64,000 nt of DNA from Octopus vulgaris (lineage: Eukaryota), in contig OX597821.1 of NCBI GenBank assembly GCA_951406725.2, positions 76,446,001 through 76,510,000 on the forward strand, read 5' to 3'. Under the pieces are notes generated by a model. It was not told where the DNA came from, searched no databases, and saw nothing but the letters and a program-made list of their open reading frames with translations. Both the position numbers and the translations under genes were made by a program. This document shows positions 38,461 to 52,949 of the stretch, in pieces (position 1 is the first letter of the stretch; each line of letters starts with the position of its first letter).

Positions 38461-41400
38461 AGCTCCATATATATATATATATATAATGTTGTGTGCGTGT
38501 CTTTGAGACTGTGTTTATCCCTCCACCACCGCTTGACAACCAGTGTTGATGCGTTTATATCTCTGTAACTTAGCAGCCCAGCAAAAAGTGACTGATAGAA
38601 TAAAAACCAGGCTTTGAAAAAGGAATAAGTACAGGAATCAATTCATTCAACTAAAAATTCTTCAAGGCAGTGCCCCAGCATGGCCATAGTCTAAAGACTA
38701 AAACCAGTAAAAGACAGAAGGTAATTCTTTGAAGTGATCCTGTTATTATGCAAGTTTTACTCCCTGCAGAGAAAACTAACCGAGTCATTTGGTTCCACAT
38801 TTATTGTCCTGTATTTGTGGTTAACTTTCCACTTGTAATGTTTCACTTCATATTCTGATGTTCAAAAGATTCTACTCAATGTGTCTTTTGATAAGGATGG
38901 GCAGAAGCTGCAGTTTAAAGAGAACCTGGCTAAGGATTAACAGTGTCATCCAAGCAAGCACAAAAATCTACACTCAGAAGTAGGGTTGCATCTGTCAGGT
39001 TTACTCTTTCCTACAGACACATGTCCTGAAAGGCAAATAAAAAGCACTATTCATATGTGAATATTGCCAGTGCTGGCTGACTGGTCCCATGTCAGTTGCA
39101 CATGAAAAGCACCATTTGAGCATGATTGTTGTCAGTGTCAGCTGACTGGTTCCATGCCAGTGGCACGAAACAAGCACCATTTAGACATGGTTGATGCCTG
39201 GTCTGTCTGATTGGCTCCTATGCCAGTGGCATGTAAAAAGCACCACTCAAGCGTGGTCAATGCCGGTACCGCCTGACTGACCCTCATGCCAGTGGCATGT
39301 AAAAAGACAGCCACTACACTCTCGGAGCAGTTGGCATTAGGAAGGGCATCAAGCTGTAGAAACCTTGCCAGATCAGATTGGAGCCTGATGTTGCCTTCTG
39401 GCTTGCTAGCCCTCAGTCAAACCGTCCAACCCATGCCAGCATGGAAAGCAGACATTAAACTTCAACAAGACGATGATGATGATTTAATACCAAAGATTCT
39501 CATAAAAATTTTGCAATAGAGAAAGAAGTACATTAATATTACACCCATTCATGTTTACATTGTCGCATACATGAATATTTATACACTCACACGCGCGCGC
39601 TCATATTTCATACTCACACACATGCACACTTACGTGCCCACAGTCACTGACATTCACACTCATGCACAATAATATGGAATTTTAATCAATTAACTAATCT
39701 GCATATGTAAATTAAAGCTAGCATGGAAGGGGGAATGCAACAGCCCTCAATGGAAATCAAACAATCAGCCTCTTGTTGACTAAGCAAGCATGCTAACCAT
39801 TACACCAAAGCCACAACTTCTGCCACCAAATTAAACCTGTCAACTGCCATTATTTACTGAGAGCTTAATTTATTATCAACAATGGCAGTTTCCTAAAACT
39901 AGTGGTTAACGCTCTTGTCTGATTGAAAGAAGAGAGCTTAGATTCCCATCAAGGAAATTACCTAATTATCTAATAATTATCTATAAATTATTCATATGTT
40001 CTAACCCCAGACAGAAGTCACAGCTGGTTGAGTGAATAGCTGTTTAGCTGTTAGTTGGGTTAGGATTAGGGGGCTTTCATTAGCCTGAAATGCTGTGTTG
40101 AATCCTTGTTTGGTCAACTGAAGCCGAGAGATTTTTTTCCCTGTGAGAGAACCACTATGTGGGCAGTCAACCTGTTAAAAATACCAACCAAATCTCCCCC
40201 AAATCACATCCTACCATATGATGTAACAACCTGATACAGTAGATAATGTAACCCTTCCTAAAAAGAAGGAATAGTCATGGTTAGAATGTTTTGGTTCATT
40301 GGTTTACTCAATTAGGTTTGACCTGCAACTAAACAAACACGGCACCCTCTGATTAACACAAAACATGAAGGAGAGCTACTATAGCTTTCAGCTGATCAAA
40401 GCTTGCCATATATATATATAATCATCATCATCATTTAACAAGTAAAAGAAAGACACATTATCAAAATCTCATAACTATGAAAAATAATGCAGATGAAGTC
40501 AAAACAACGTGAATTAACAAGTATTATATTTGACAGAGTAATCAAAATACTAAAGGGTTAATCCCTGGTTGTTCATTTGCACTAATTAACCCATTAATGG
40601 ATACATTTGATATACGTCTGTTTATCTTCTATTCAAAATGCATGTCAGGGAATGTAAACAGCTACAAAAAATAATAAGTAAATGGTAGGGAAATATCCCA
40701 GAATAATTTGCTGAATATATTTGTCTAATCCATTGCAGTGATATTTTCTCTGTGTTTGTATAGCCATCGTTATGCCTATGTGACATTTCTCCTCTTTCTC
40801 TCTCCGTCTCTCCATCCCTGCTACAGTTTCCTCTCTTCCTCTCTCTCTCTATCTCCTTGCCATTGTCCCTCTCTTTCAACATATTCATCTTTGACTTTTA
40901 CAAACACCTACAGCTGCATTATTTGGCCAATATCTACAGGACACACAATTTGCACCTTTTCAAAATCGTTCATCCGAGTGTATGATCCTGTTGTATGTTT
41001 GATAATGTTTCCACCACAGCTCATGAAATCTGCCATTTCATACTTTCCCCTTTATTATTGACTTCTGCTTGTACTTCTCCACTGATCTATGTTGTTTGTG
41101 TGTGTTTACCTATATCTTTCACTTCCTGTATGTATGTGCATACATATGTGTGTGTGTGTATGTTTATATATTTATGCCTTCAAATACACAAGCTTGTGCA
41201 TGCACATATGTTCTGTCATGTTTGGTGGTTTATATACATGTATATATTGTTCTTTGTTCACATGTATGCATATGTATACATTATATATAAACATATAACA
41301 TATATTTATGTATGTATGTATATATGTATACAAACACGCCTACACACATCTGCCAGAGTATATTCCCACACATCTGCATGTGAGGCACACGTCTCCAGAT

Positions 41401-42494
41401 TCACACTTATTACATGTCTTCTTACATCTTAAGGACAGTTGAAGTTGACATTTAAACTGTTCAAAAAGACAACAAATAATAAAGAAGCTATTTTCCGAGT
41501 TTATTGTGCAGAGGACTGATGCAGATATTTACAGGGGTTGTAACAAACAACACAGATTTTCAGGGTTTATTACTATAATAACAAAAATACCAACAAAATT
41601 CTAAATTTATTCCACTCAGTTCAATTTCTATTATTTTTCTCTGATCATCATCCCTTACTGTTATCATGGTATTGTTGGTGTTATCTCTGTTGTTGTGATT
41701 ATTGCTGTTGTTGTTGTTGTATCTTCCCCATTGCCCTCCCACCAACCCATCCCAACATCATTTATTGTTCATTAAAGGAATTGTACACCAGAGAACAGCT
41801 GCCTGTAACAAGTAAAGAGAGAAAGGCACTAAGCAGACAAAAGACACAACCGAGGAACATCTTGTCGAGGCCTTAACAACGTAAAAAAAAAAACTGGCTT
41901 CTTTAAGAATTGTCTGTTGGTGTTTGTTTTTATCTCTTTTTTTTTTCTTTTCTGATTTCCGATTCTGAAGACTTTGTTCTTTCTTGTTTTCCTGTTGTTC
42001 AGATTTGAAAAATCATCTTGCCATGTATGGGCCGTGTTATGCTTCATCGGCCAGTTTACAAGGAAGCTACTATGCATCACACTATCGGCCACAACTTGTC
42101 ACTACCATACACAGACGCATACTATTATCTCTATGTATATATGTGGGTGCATTTGTGTGGGTGTATGCAAAGACCTAAATACATGCACATACACCCACAC
42201 ATAAATATATATAATATATATATATATATATATAATATATATATATATCATATATACATGCATACCTGCTAACTTTTTACATCGCTTTAAAAGACTAAGC
42301 ATATTACAAAAAAGAAGAGAGAGAAGATGAAGGCAAATGGGAGTGAGAGGAAATGTTTTATTTATTTTTTTGTCAAATTGTGCACTCCTTCCCTTCTCCT
42401 CACAAAATGCATTAGATTTATGCATGTGCGTGTGTGTGTGTGTGTAGACATATTCTGTTGCTTAAAAAAGAAATGATTTCTAAATTGACCAATC

Positions 42495-42496
<2 letters not shown>

Positions 42497-42580
<84 letters not shown>
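42497..42580. repeat. (CT)n microsatellite
   Basis: Uninterrupted run of about 42 units. Confidence 0.95.
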
Positions 42581-42584
<4 letters not shown>

Positions 42585-45500
42585 TTCTCCTTGCCTTTTA
42601 GAAGTTGTTTTCGCTGCTGCTTAAGAAAATTATCGTTGTTGTTATTGATGACGTTACACAATGGGGGGGCCAAAATAGAAATGCAATATAAAAAGGGAAT
42701 CAACAGCAACCACGATCATGATGATCACTACAATTCTCATCACCATCACCATCATTGCCACCCTCTACTGCTGCCAACCCCATCAGCAGCATCAGCATCA
42801 TCATTTTTTTCAAGAGTTTATGTTTGACTTTTCCTGTCCTTTCGAGCAACATTAGATTATAATAACAAGCAAAAGAAAAGAAGGGGCAGTTTCTTTTTTG
42901 TGTTTGTATCATTAAAGGGTTAACTGGGGTGTGAACGGGTTTCCTTTTGTGTCTGGGAACACTTCACATTCTGTCTTTGGAAATATGTTGCAACTAGGAA
43001 ACTAACATTGCATATCGATATTCTAGCTTTTGCTTTCATATTCATTATTCTCTTTCTAACAATATTATTATTGTTTTGTATGGATTTACGTCTGGCCCAG
43101 CTGGTTGGGTTACAGACTCTGCCAGTTAAAGACTCTTAGGTTCATATCCCATCATGGATACTGCATTTTTTATGTAAGCTACATACAGTTAAATGCTTTG
43201 TTTTGTTATTATTGTTTTTTTCCCCCTGTGTAATGTTGGGTTGGCTCTGATCAAGTAAATTCCTATATAATCAAAGACATTGCAAAGCCATATTTGAAAC
43301 AAATGGTAAACTAATAACATCTCATCTCATTACACTTGTGTTGGGCCATCACTGAGGCCAAAACAGAGCATTAGAAATAATACTCTGTTCTGGATTAAGA
43401 CTGAACTGATGCTGCTGTTATTTATGGTTATGGTTAGTCTGCCTTTGATTGAGCTTATCTATGAAAATGATACTTCCTTTTTAGATGTCATTCAAGCGTG
43501 GTCGATGTCAGAAACCATGCCCGATTAGACTGGAGCCTAATGAAGCCTCTCGGCTTGCTAGTCCTCAGTCAAACAATCCAGCCCATGCCAGCATGGAAAG
43601 CGAACATTAAAAGATGATGATGATGTAATTGTTGGCTGCAATATACCATTATTTGTCGCAGGTCAAGTGGTCACATAGAATAGTGATTGCAAGTCTATGA
43701 CTTGTGATTCAGCAATGGTATGCTGTAGATTTTTAAGTGTTTTGGGTTTTTTTTAATTTCCCTGCAATATCACATTATAAAAAAAAATCTTAATCTATAA
43801 GTATTTACTAAAACTAAATTACATGTATACATACACGTGACCCTCCAGTAAGAGGATTATCAAAGACATTTCAATTTCGATGCACTTGTGATACCTGTGC
43901 CATTGGCATATAAAAAGCAACATCCGAACATGGCCAATGCCAGCACCACCTTGACTGGCTTCTGTGCCTGTGGCACGTAAAAAGCACCCACTACACTTAC
44001 GGAGTGGTTGGTGTTAGAAAGGGCATCCAGCTGTAGAAACACTGCCAGATCAGACTGGAGCCTAGTGCAGCCTCCTGGCTTCCCAAAACCCGGTCGAACC
44101 GTCCAACCCATACTAGCACGGAAAACGGACGTTAAACGATGATGCTGATGATGATGATGATGATGGGTTTGCCATCACAAGTGTAGAACCTCCCTTATTG
44201 GTCCTTCTGGAAACCATGTGGTATCAGAAGAATGGACTGACTCCAATAGAAATGGAACTCCTATCCTTCACTCAGCTCACCGAGATCTTTCCGTCATATT
44301 GCAGCATTTGCATCATAAATGGAATAGCTGTAGCTGGACTGAATTCCTGTAAAGAAGAAATGGTCAGCTGCCTGGCAGGTTTCCAAACTGTGATTATTAA
44401 GCAGTTGAAGAAGATATGATACAGTTTCATTTGTAATAATAAATAGAAGAAAGTGTAAAGAGAAACTATCGGAGGTTATCGCAGACATCTTTGAGTTAAT
44501 AGTTAATTGGGGATTTATTTTCTTTTGTTCTTTTATCATTCTGATTCTGTCAAGACATTCAAGTGTTGATGAAGTTCTTTGGTTTTGCCATTGTTGACAT
44601 TATTCATTTTAGATATTGCTGCTAAAGTTAATGGCTCTCTGGTCATTTAATTGTATTCATCAGGTCAAAATGAAATGTATGATTATTCAGCAGCAACATC
44701 GGGTGCCGATCAGCAGAATAAAAGAGTGTGGTAAAGTAATAGGAATGAGACGTGATTTAAAGACCTGCTTAATATAATGGAACTGTCATTTTGGATAAAT
44801 ATGCCTATTTCTCTAATGTTAACAACAACTTTCTTTGATAATGTTCACCTTTTCAAAAACATTAGTCAGAATCTTCTGCCACCCCGCTAGAAGTCAGATG
44901 TTCTCACCTCTGTTATGGAAAGATTCTTTCAAATCGGTGATTTCTTTGTTCTGTTTGATTAAGATGAATGCTTCCTCTATTATATCCAATATGGTACTTG
45001 TGAAATGTTTGTTGCTGTAATGTTGTAAAACTTAGAAATCTGGTTTGTTCACATCGAAATTAAATGGGATATATGTCTATGCAATGGTTTCCACAATGAA
45101 AGCTTTTGTAGCTCTGCTTACATTTATGCCTCATTTATATAAACTCACACAGACACACGTTCATTGAATTTTCACAGAGCAACGTAATGATGAAAGAGAC
45201 CGTGGTCTTAGAAGAGAATGAAATTATATTATATAAATATTAGTTTTCTTTGTTCAATTTCTGTCGGTTTTTCTTACACCTGTTAAATTTATGTATTAAC
45301 AACGAAGTTTAGCTCAACTTGATAAACATAGCAGTTAAATTCAAATCATAAATGTTAGAACAACAAGCTTCACAATAAAGGCTGGATGCTCACAGCTACT
45401 TGGAAAAATTTATTATCAGTTTGTTCAGAGCAGAAAGGAAAATACGAGAGACTGGGCTGATAGTTAACAAGAATATATATGTCAGCCAGGAAGGATCTTT

Positions 45501-46027
45501 CACTTGGGTTTTCTTAGTCTATTTGCTAAATCTTCTTCAATAAATTCCCTAACATTATCCTAAATATTAACGTCCTAAATTTTTATGTCCTACAATGAAG
45601 GTGTTATGATTACAACTTGAGCTATTCAAATAGTCAGCCATACATCATCTTCTAAATATCAACAGGGGTGGGATTTCAATCTACAGCTTTATTCAAGTAG
45701 CACTGGTTGCCACAATTCAACAACAGTGACACATTTTGGTGGAATTGAACATTTGGTTATATTAACTTCAACTCATGACTGGTATTATATTTCAGTGACC
45801 TTGGAAGGGCAAAAAAGAGAGTACAGCTTGCTACGATTTGAACTCATCCATAAAAAAAAAAACAATTATATCCCAAAAGGTATTTTGTCTGAAGCTGTAA
45901 ACAACCAATATCTTAGGCATTAGATTTTTGTTTAAACAAATAAAAGCCATGTTTCTTCATGGAACTCTTTTACATGTGGTTTTTGTTGTGATTGGTCTTA
46001 CTATTTCTCTCTTTTTCTCTCTTGTAG

Positions 46028-46138
46028 ACATTGGCCCTTGAACAGCAAAAGCAATACAATCTACTGAAAAAACGTCTTAAGAGAGAAAAGGACCTGCAAA
46101 TTATTGAACAAAAAATGCAACAGCACAAGAATCTTTTG
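46028..46138 (+). CDS. UTP11: UTP11 (U3 snoRNA-associated protein 11), penultimate coding exon, 111 nt, phase 0-0
   Basis: Polypyrimidine tract and AG at 46026-46027; GTAATT donor at 46139. Translates TLALEQQKQYNLLKKRLKREKDLQIIEQKMQQHKNLL (37 aa), colinear with human UTP11 RIAKERQKQYNCLTQRIEREKKLFVIAQKIQTRKDLM as recalled from memory, not searched. Confidence 0.9.
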
Positions 46139-46516
46139 GTAATTCTTTTTTTTTTTTTTTTTTTTTGAAGACTGTATTAATTGTGGTGTTTCCATAAAAG
46201 GTGGCCTGACTGGCTCCTATGCCAGTGGCGCATAAAAAGCACCATTCAAGCGTGGTCAATGCCAGTACTGCCTAACTGGCTCCCGTGCAGGTGGCACATA
46301 AAAAGCAACATTCGGGCATGGTCGATGCCAGTGGCACATAAAAACACCATTCAAGTGTGGTCAATGCCAGTACTGCATGACCAGCTCCTGTGCTGGTGGC
46401 ACATAAAATGCACCATTCAATTGATGCTAGTGCCACCTGACTGACCCTCATACCGGTGGCACGTAAAAAGCACCCACTAGACTCTGAGTCTAGTGGGTGC
46501 TTTTATATACTTTGTG

Positions 46517-46552
<36 letters not shown>

Positions 46553-46764
46553 TGCACATACACACACACACATGCATACAAGTGAGTGGACAAACAAAAG
46601 AAAGTGACACTGAACACATTTCATAGGAGTTACCTGTATTATTTAATCATATTTACCTCAGCTGCATGCAGCTTAGTTTTGCAGACACATAGAAGGAACC
46701 TAGCTGATCAGGCATCTGTGTGTGCTTGTGTAAGTTTGAGAACATTTGTGTGTGTGTGTGTATA

Positions 46765-47812
46765 CAAGGTGTGGTGAATAAACTGTTGTGTAAATTGCGC
46801 AAAAATGAAGATAACACTGACATCTCATTTTAACAGATATATTAACCAAAATTACATAAAAAATATCTTGCAATACTAAAGAGTAAATTTATTCAATAAA
46901 ATCGCCATTGGCCTCAAGACGACTTCGGAATCTCCTGCAACTCTTCTAGACGGTTTCCTTGTTTAAGTTGGTGAATGCTGCCATAATCCTTGCCTTTAGT
47001 TCATCTTTGGTGTTACAAAGAGTTTTGTTGGTCTCTCGCTCAACTGCACCCCACACATAATAATCAAGGGGGTTGCAGTCTGGGGAGTTAGGTGGACAGA
47101 TGTTATGGGTGATGTGGTCACAGAAATTGTCTGACAGCCATGACTGGGTTCCCCTGCTTGTGTGGAATGGTGCAGAGTCCTGTTGCCAGACATAGAGTCT
47201 TCCAGCAGCCACCCTCTTGATCCAGGGTAGCACTACCTCATCCAGGCACTTGATGTAGGTCTCCATGTGAGTCTGTGACCGTGTGGGAAGATAAATGGAG
47301 GTATAACATTGCCATCACTAGTGATCACTCAAAACACCATGATGTTGACTGGATGTTTGATTTTCTTTCACTCTCGGTTCATGTTTTGGGGACACGGCAA
47401 ACCAACGATTGTTCTGTACGTTCACCATCTGATCCTGGCAGAAATTTCTCTCGTCTGAGAAAGACCAAAGCATGTTCAGTTGGAGGAGATACTTGAGTTT
47501 GTTTGAAATCTTCGTAGCACAGTCTTCCCTCTTTTCCTTGATGGCTTGGGATAAAAATTGGCTGTTTCTCATCTAGTATGAGGAATACTGAATATCTTCA
47601 TGCACTACCGGCCTGATAAGAAACTCAGACACACCCATGTCCCTGGCAATGGACCTGATTGACTTGGAGGGATCGTTGTCAATTCTGGCCTGGATCTCAC
47701 CAACAAATTCTGGAGTTCTTTTCTTATCAGAACGATCTGAGTGTGTTTTCTGAGCATCAATTCCTTCATAATCATTGTTAGACTTATCCAACACTTTCCG
47801 AATCCTCTGCAG
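46765..47812 (-). mobile_element. Tc1/mariner-superfamily DD37D (maT-type) transposon relic, 5'-truncated
   Basis: FSDERNF, then WQQD and NPLD with exactly 37 residues between the last two Asp; stops and frameshifts; terminus ta|caaggtgtggtgaataaactg. Confidence 0.88.
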
Positions 47813-48015
47813 CAGTTCTATATTTAAGAGATGAGGAATAATCTACATTATCTACATTCGACGGATATTCGTCCTCATCTTGTTTGTTGTTAACACGACG
47901 TTTCGGCTGATATACCCTTCAGCCTTCATCAGCTGAAATGATATATATCAGCTGAAATGATGTGTTAACGATAAACAAGATGAGGACAAATATCCGTCAA
48001 ATGTAAATAATGTAA
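47813..48015. mobile_element. Second copy of the inverted Penelope-like terminus with the centre deleted; hammerhead core on the minus strand at 47892-47932
   Basis: Begins cagttctatatttaagagatgagg, as at 10110. Minus strand reads CTGATGA-A-GGCTGA-agggtata-TCAGCC-GAAA-CG-T-C-GTGTT. Confidence 0.75.
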
Positions 48016-48118
48016 AGATAGCAGCTCTCTGAACTTTGCCCATCCTATTCTTATTCTAGCAGCTATGCTTTCAGAGCTTCCTCCTCCATTGTTAACTTAG
48101 TTATTGAAGTACTGAAAA

Positions 48119-48475
48119 CTATCTTACTGCGTCAAAGGATCTCCCTGGACATTTGCGGGAGTCTATTTTCTGCACATTTCTAGTGTTTATTGTACCTGCA
48201 TATCTACCACAGAGAAAAACCGCTTTCTCTGTTAAACTCTCTACGATGCTGCTGCACCTTTTTTGTGTCCACAGCTTGCACTGGATACGCCATATGGAGA
48301 TACTATCAACACGTTTTCTACATATCGAGCAAGGCCATAATCCTGAAAGGATTTGGGATTTGCCTGTTTTCCTACTTACAAGGACTTTGGTCCTTGCTAA
48401 ATCAACTCTTAAGCTTCTTGATTCCAAACCTTGATTCCATGCCTGAAATTCCTTCTCCAGTTCTTATAGTGATTT
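48119..48475 (-). mobile_element. Internal fragment of the same RTE family (post-RT / PHD region)
   Basis: LRVDLARTKVLV..WPCSICRK..QCKLWTQKRCS..FLCGR aligns with the 63770-63990 translation. Confidence 0.85.
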
Positions 48476-50238
48476 TCTTCTTGTCTCTAAGGATTCTAGT
48501 AATGTGTGTGTGTGTGTATATGCATGCAGGTTCAGTGCCACAGCATGGCACCTTGGGTGACTATCTTCTACTTTAGCCCTGGGCCAACCAAAACTTTGTG
48601 AATACCTTTGGTAGATATATTTAGTTATTGCCCACAGTGCGGGGTGGGGGGCTAAACACAGAGGGGACGAACAAAGGGATTAAGTCGATTGCATTGACCC
48701 CAGTGCATAACTGGTACTTGTTTAATCAACCTCGAAAGGATGAAAGGCAAAGTCGACCTTGGCGGAATTTGAACTCAAAACGTAATGGCAGACGAAATAC
48801 CTATTTCTTTACTACCCACAAGGGGCTAAACACAGAGAGGACAAACAAGGACAGACAAACAGATTAAGTCGATTATATCCACCCCAGTGCATAACTGGTA
48901 CTTATTTAATTGACCCCGAAAGGATGAAAGACAAAGTCGACCTTGGCAGAATTTGAACTCAGAACGTAACGGCAGACGAAATGCCACTAAGCATTTCGCC
49001 CAGCATGCTAACGATTCTGCCAGCTCCCCGCCTTTGGCTCTGGTAGGTAGGAACTGCTAAAGCTTACGATGTATATGTATGTTTGTGTATGTATTTGTAC
49101 ATGCATGCATTAATGTGTGTGTGTGTATTTTTTTTGTTTATTTTGTCTCCTTGTCTTGTCATCCTCTGATATTTTAAACAAATGTGGCACCTCTTGCAAG
49201 TGGTGCCACACATTTCCAATCTTCCATGAAAACATGTCCAACCAAGGGGAAAACATTAGCCTGTTTGGAAACAGACGAAGATCGGCAACAAGAAGGGCAT
49301 CCAGCCATAGAAAACGGGTTTCAGTGAATTCCTTTTAACTTATGCAAACATGAAAAAATCAACTCTAAAAAGAAAGTAGTTGATGATGATGATCATGATG
49401 TGTGTGTGCATATACACAGACACATAACCTTACATATAGAGTGGTTGGCATTAGGAAGGGCATCCAGCTGTAGAAACTCTGCCAGATCAAGATTGGAGTC
49501 TGGTGCAGCCATGTGGTTCGCCAGCCCTCAGTCAAATCGTCCAACCCATGCTTGCATGGAAAGCAAATGTTGAACGATGATGATGATGATGATAAAAAGA
49601 AACCCTACTTTTATTACTCTTTGTTTTTAATTTTTTTTTTTTTTTACTATCAATGCACTTTCTAGCTTTTGTTGATTCTTTTTTACTTCAGCTCAAAAAA
49701 AAGAGATAATAATAATTCAGTTTTTTAAGTACGCACACACACACAATTGTATTTTTGCCTTTCTTTCATACTTAGATGTTACCTACATATTTTTTTTTTC
49801 CCCTCCCTCTCATCTGGAGGCGGTAGGGGTAAAAAAAAAAAGTGGATATTAGAAGAAGGGTCTTTTTTTTTTTTCCTCGATAACTGCCAATGTACCATTG
49901 ACTGGCCACCACTGCAGGAAGCGCCACACAAAGCCGCAGACCGATCCCTCTTCGCTTCAGTCAATCCCATGATGCCATTTAGGCTTCCATTTCTTCTTTT
50001 CAATCCTCTATCTCTGACATTTATCACTCGCTACACACAATATCCAAGAAGAAAATAAAAACACTACACAGGATAAAGGTAGAGAGAGCCTTTACAAAAC
50101 AACTCTGCCACACTTTTGAAATGATTTAAACACTCTTGTCTATCCCTGATTTGACTAAATTTCTCTCTGGAGATTTTTCCCTTTTTTTCCTTTTTTTTTT
50201 TTTTTTGCCCATCATCATTATTTTGGTTCTTTCTTCTG

Positions 50239-50239
<1 letters not shown>

Positions 50240-50286
<47 letters not shown>

Positions 50287-50390
50287 TTATTATTATTATT
50301 ATTATTATCATTTTTATTATTATCATTATTATTATTATTATTATTATCGTCATTATTATTATTGTTATTATTATCATTATCATCATCATA
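50240..50390. repeat. (ATT)n/(ATC)n microsatellite
   Basis: Read directly from the sequence. Confidence 0.95.
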
Positions 50391-52407
50391 GGTTTTTTTT
50401 ATCCACTATTTCCTCTTTCTATTGCCTTCCTTTCTCTTACATCTCTGAGGTTTTTTTTTTATATTATTTATTGTGTTATCTATTTTTTTGGCATATCTTT
50501 TTAGTAATGCTTCCATTTTTATTTCATACACCAAGTATTTTCCCCTTTTGTGTACGTGCGTGTGTGTGTGTGTATGTGTGAGTGTGTGTTCCCCTCAGCC
50601 CTATTGTTTTCCTTTTAATTCTTCCTCATTGATTCTTTCTAACCTGATCCTTTTTTTTTCTCTCTTCCTTGCATGTCTGTATGTGTGTGTGTTTGTTTTT
50701 ATTCACATTTTATGTGTGAGTATGTTTTTATGTTTGCCTGTTACTAAAGTATGTATGTATGTTTTGAAGCCTCTGTGTGTGTGTGTTATTGTGTGTCCCA
50801 TATGTAACAGACATAAATAAAATTAATTGACCAGAAAAAATTTAGTTACAATATTGGTCAAAGGTTTATTTTATTTGAATGATTTCTTATGTATTGGTCA
50901 TGTGTGTGTGTGTATGAGAGAGAGAGTGAAGGAGAGAGAGTGAAGGAGAGAGAGAGAGAGAGAGAGAAAGTGTGTGTATGAAAGAGAGAGAGCATTAATC
51001 ATACCTCTGGACCTGACCAAATTATATCAGTATTTGTGTTATTATGCATTTATTCATATTCGCATACTTATATGCAAACACACACACACACACGCTGAGT
51101 AGATGGATCTTCATCAGCTCCGACAGTTAATTACTTGTTTCATCAACTGAACTGCTAGCTTCATTGAATTAGCATTCTAAATGGTTGAGTATACCATAGA
51201 CACATATACCCTTAACATTAAATTTGAGCAGTAAATACAATAGATCTTCTGTGATTTCCAAAGAATTCATTCACTTAATATAATCCTTTGGGTTGTGAAT
51301 GATGACTTAGAGTCAAGATCAACCCTTAGCAAATGATTAGACAAGGGTCTACTCTCCCTTCTCGTTTCTGGTGTGTTAACCTTTTCGCTACCAACCTGGC
51401 CAAAACCTGCTCTGGCTCTGAGTACAAATGTCTTGTTTCTATAAGTTTTGAATTAAAATCTTCCACCAAACCTTAGTCACAATTTATGTTCCTAACACTA
51501 GCTGAATGATCACTAAGTTATTTTACTAAATTCTTTGTTATATTTAAAATTAATTGAAAGAAACACAGAGCATCTCAAAATAAATACAGTAACGAAAGGG
51601 TTAAGCAGTCAAAGTTGACAACATGCAACATATCATAGTACATGGTCACATGTCCTCAAACCAAGATTACTGTCATAAAGAGCATATTGGACAATACAGT
51701 TTAGGGGTACGCTATTCCTGAAAAAAAAAAGGACAAGATAGTTATTGCTTAAATATTTTAGTCTATTTGATCATGGCCAACTTGGGGCTAAGCATCAGAT
51801 AGAACCACACTTCCAATGAAGAAGCCTCTATGCCAGCCGTTGGCAATTGTGGTCCTCAAGCATTCTTCCAGTGGCCCCTGACAGCTTTCCCTCTCATCAT
51901 CATCATTGTTTAACAGCCGTTCTCCATGCTGGCATAGGATGGATGATTTGACTGAGGTCTGGAGAGCCAGCGGCTGTACCAGGCTCCAATCTGATATAGC
52001 AGAGTTTCTAAAGCTGGATGCCCTTCCTAATGCCAACCACTCCAAGAGTGTAGTGGGTGCTTTTTACATGCCACCAGCACAGGAGCCAGTCAGAGGACAT
52101 TGACATCAACCACGTTCGGAATGTAAAAATTTTTTCTTTAGATGACTTGTGTTTTTCTCTTTTTTTAGTGCAGGCGCCTCCTAAAAAATCCAGGTTTTGA
52201 ATGTGGCCCAGATATTAAAAAGATTGAAAAGCACTACACTAATACAGTTGCTCAACCTTCAAGAAATTGCAACCAATTCATTCTCAGAAACAATTCTGTT
52301 CTCTTAAATATGGTTATACATACAAGTTAAACAAACACTGAATATGCTTGGCCAGAAAAGAAGCATCAACCAACTCCTCGAATGCCATGAGGCAGTTCAG
52401 TATGGCT

Positions 52408-52790
52408 TAACCACCCTTTAGTATTTAAACCGGTTCTATCCAGCCAAAATCTTCTGCCCCTTTTAGGTTCACACTGGCCAGATCCAACGTCTCCCACCTA
52501 CTTTACAATGTTATAGTAAAAATAAAATAATGGTTGGCGTTAGGAAGGGCATCCAGCTGTAGAAACATTGCCAGACCAGATTGGAGCCTGGTGAGGTCTC
52601 CTGGCTCTCCAGACCTCAGGCAAACCGTCCAACCCATGCCAGCATGGAAAACAGACGTTAAACGATGATGCTGGTGATGATGATGATCACTGCAGTCTTG
52701 AAGCCACAAGATAATGCAGGATTAATTCAAAACAATGTGAATAAATAAGCAACACTTTTGACGGAGTGATGTGAATGTTAAATGGTTAAC
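52408..52790. mobile_element. Second TTAA-type MITE family, decayed, interrupted by an RTE-tail repeat (52530-52687)
   Basis: Ends ccctttagtatt.. and aatgttaaatggttaa; a related 3' half lies at 40460-40561. Confidence 0.5.
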
Positions 52791-52949
52791 GAGAAGATAA
52801 CAGCAGTAACAGTAACTTGGTAATCTTCTATTTTTCCTTTGACTTGTTTCAGTCATTTTGACTGTGGCCATGCTGGAGCACCACCTTTTAGTCGAACAAT
52901 TCGACCCCAGGACTTACTCTTTGTAAGCCTAGTACTTATTCCTTCCACA

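Noticed and set aside
49779-50027. 82-aa minus-strand ORF in complex sequence
   Set aside because: No recognisable homology or clear splice sites; kept only as part of the possible conserved non-coding islands.
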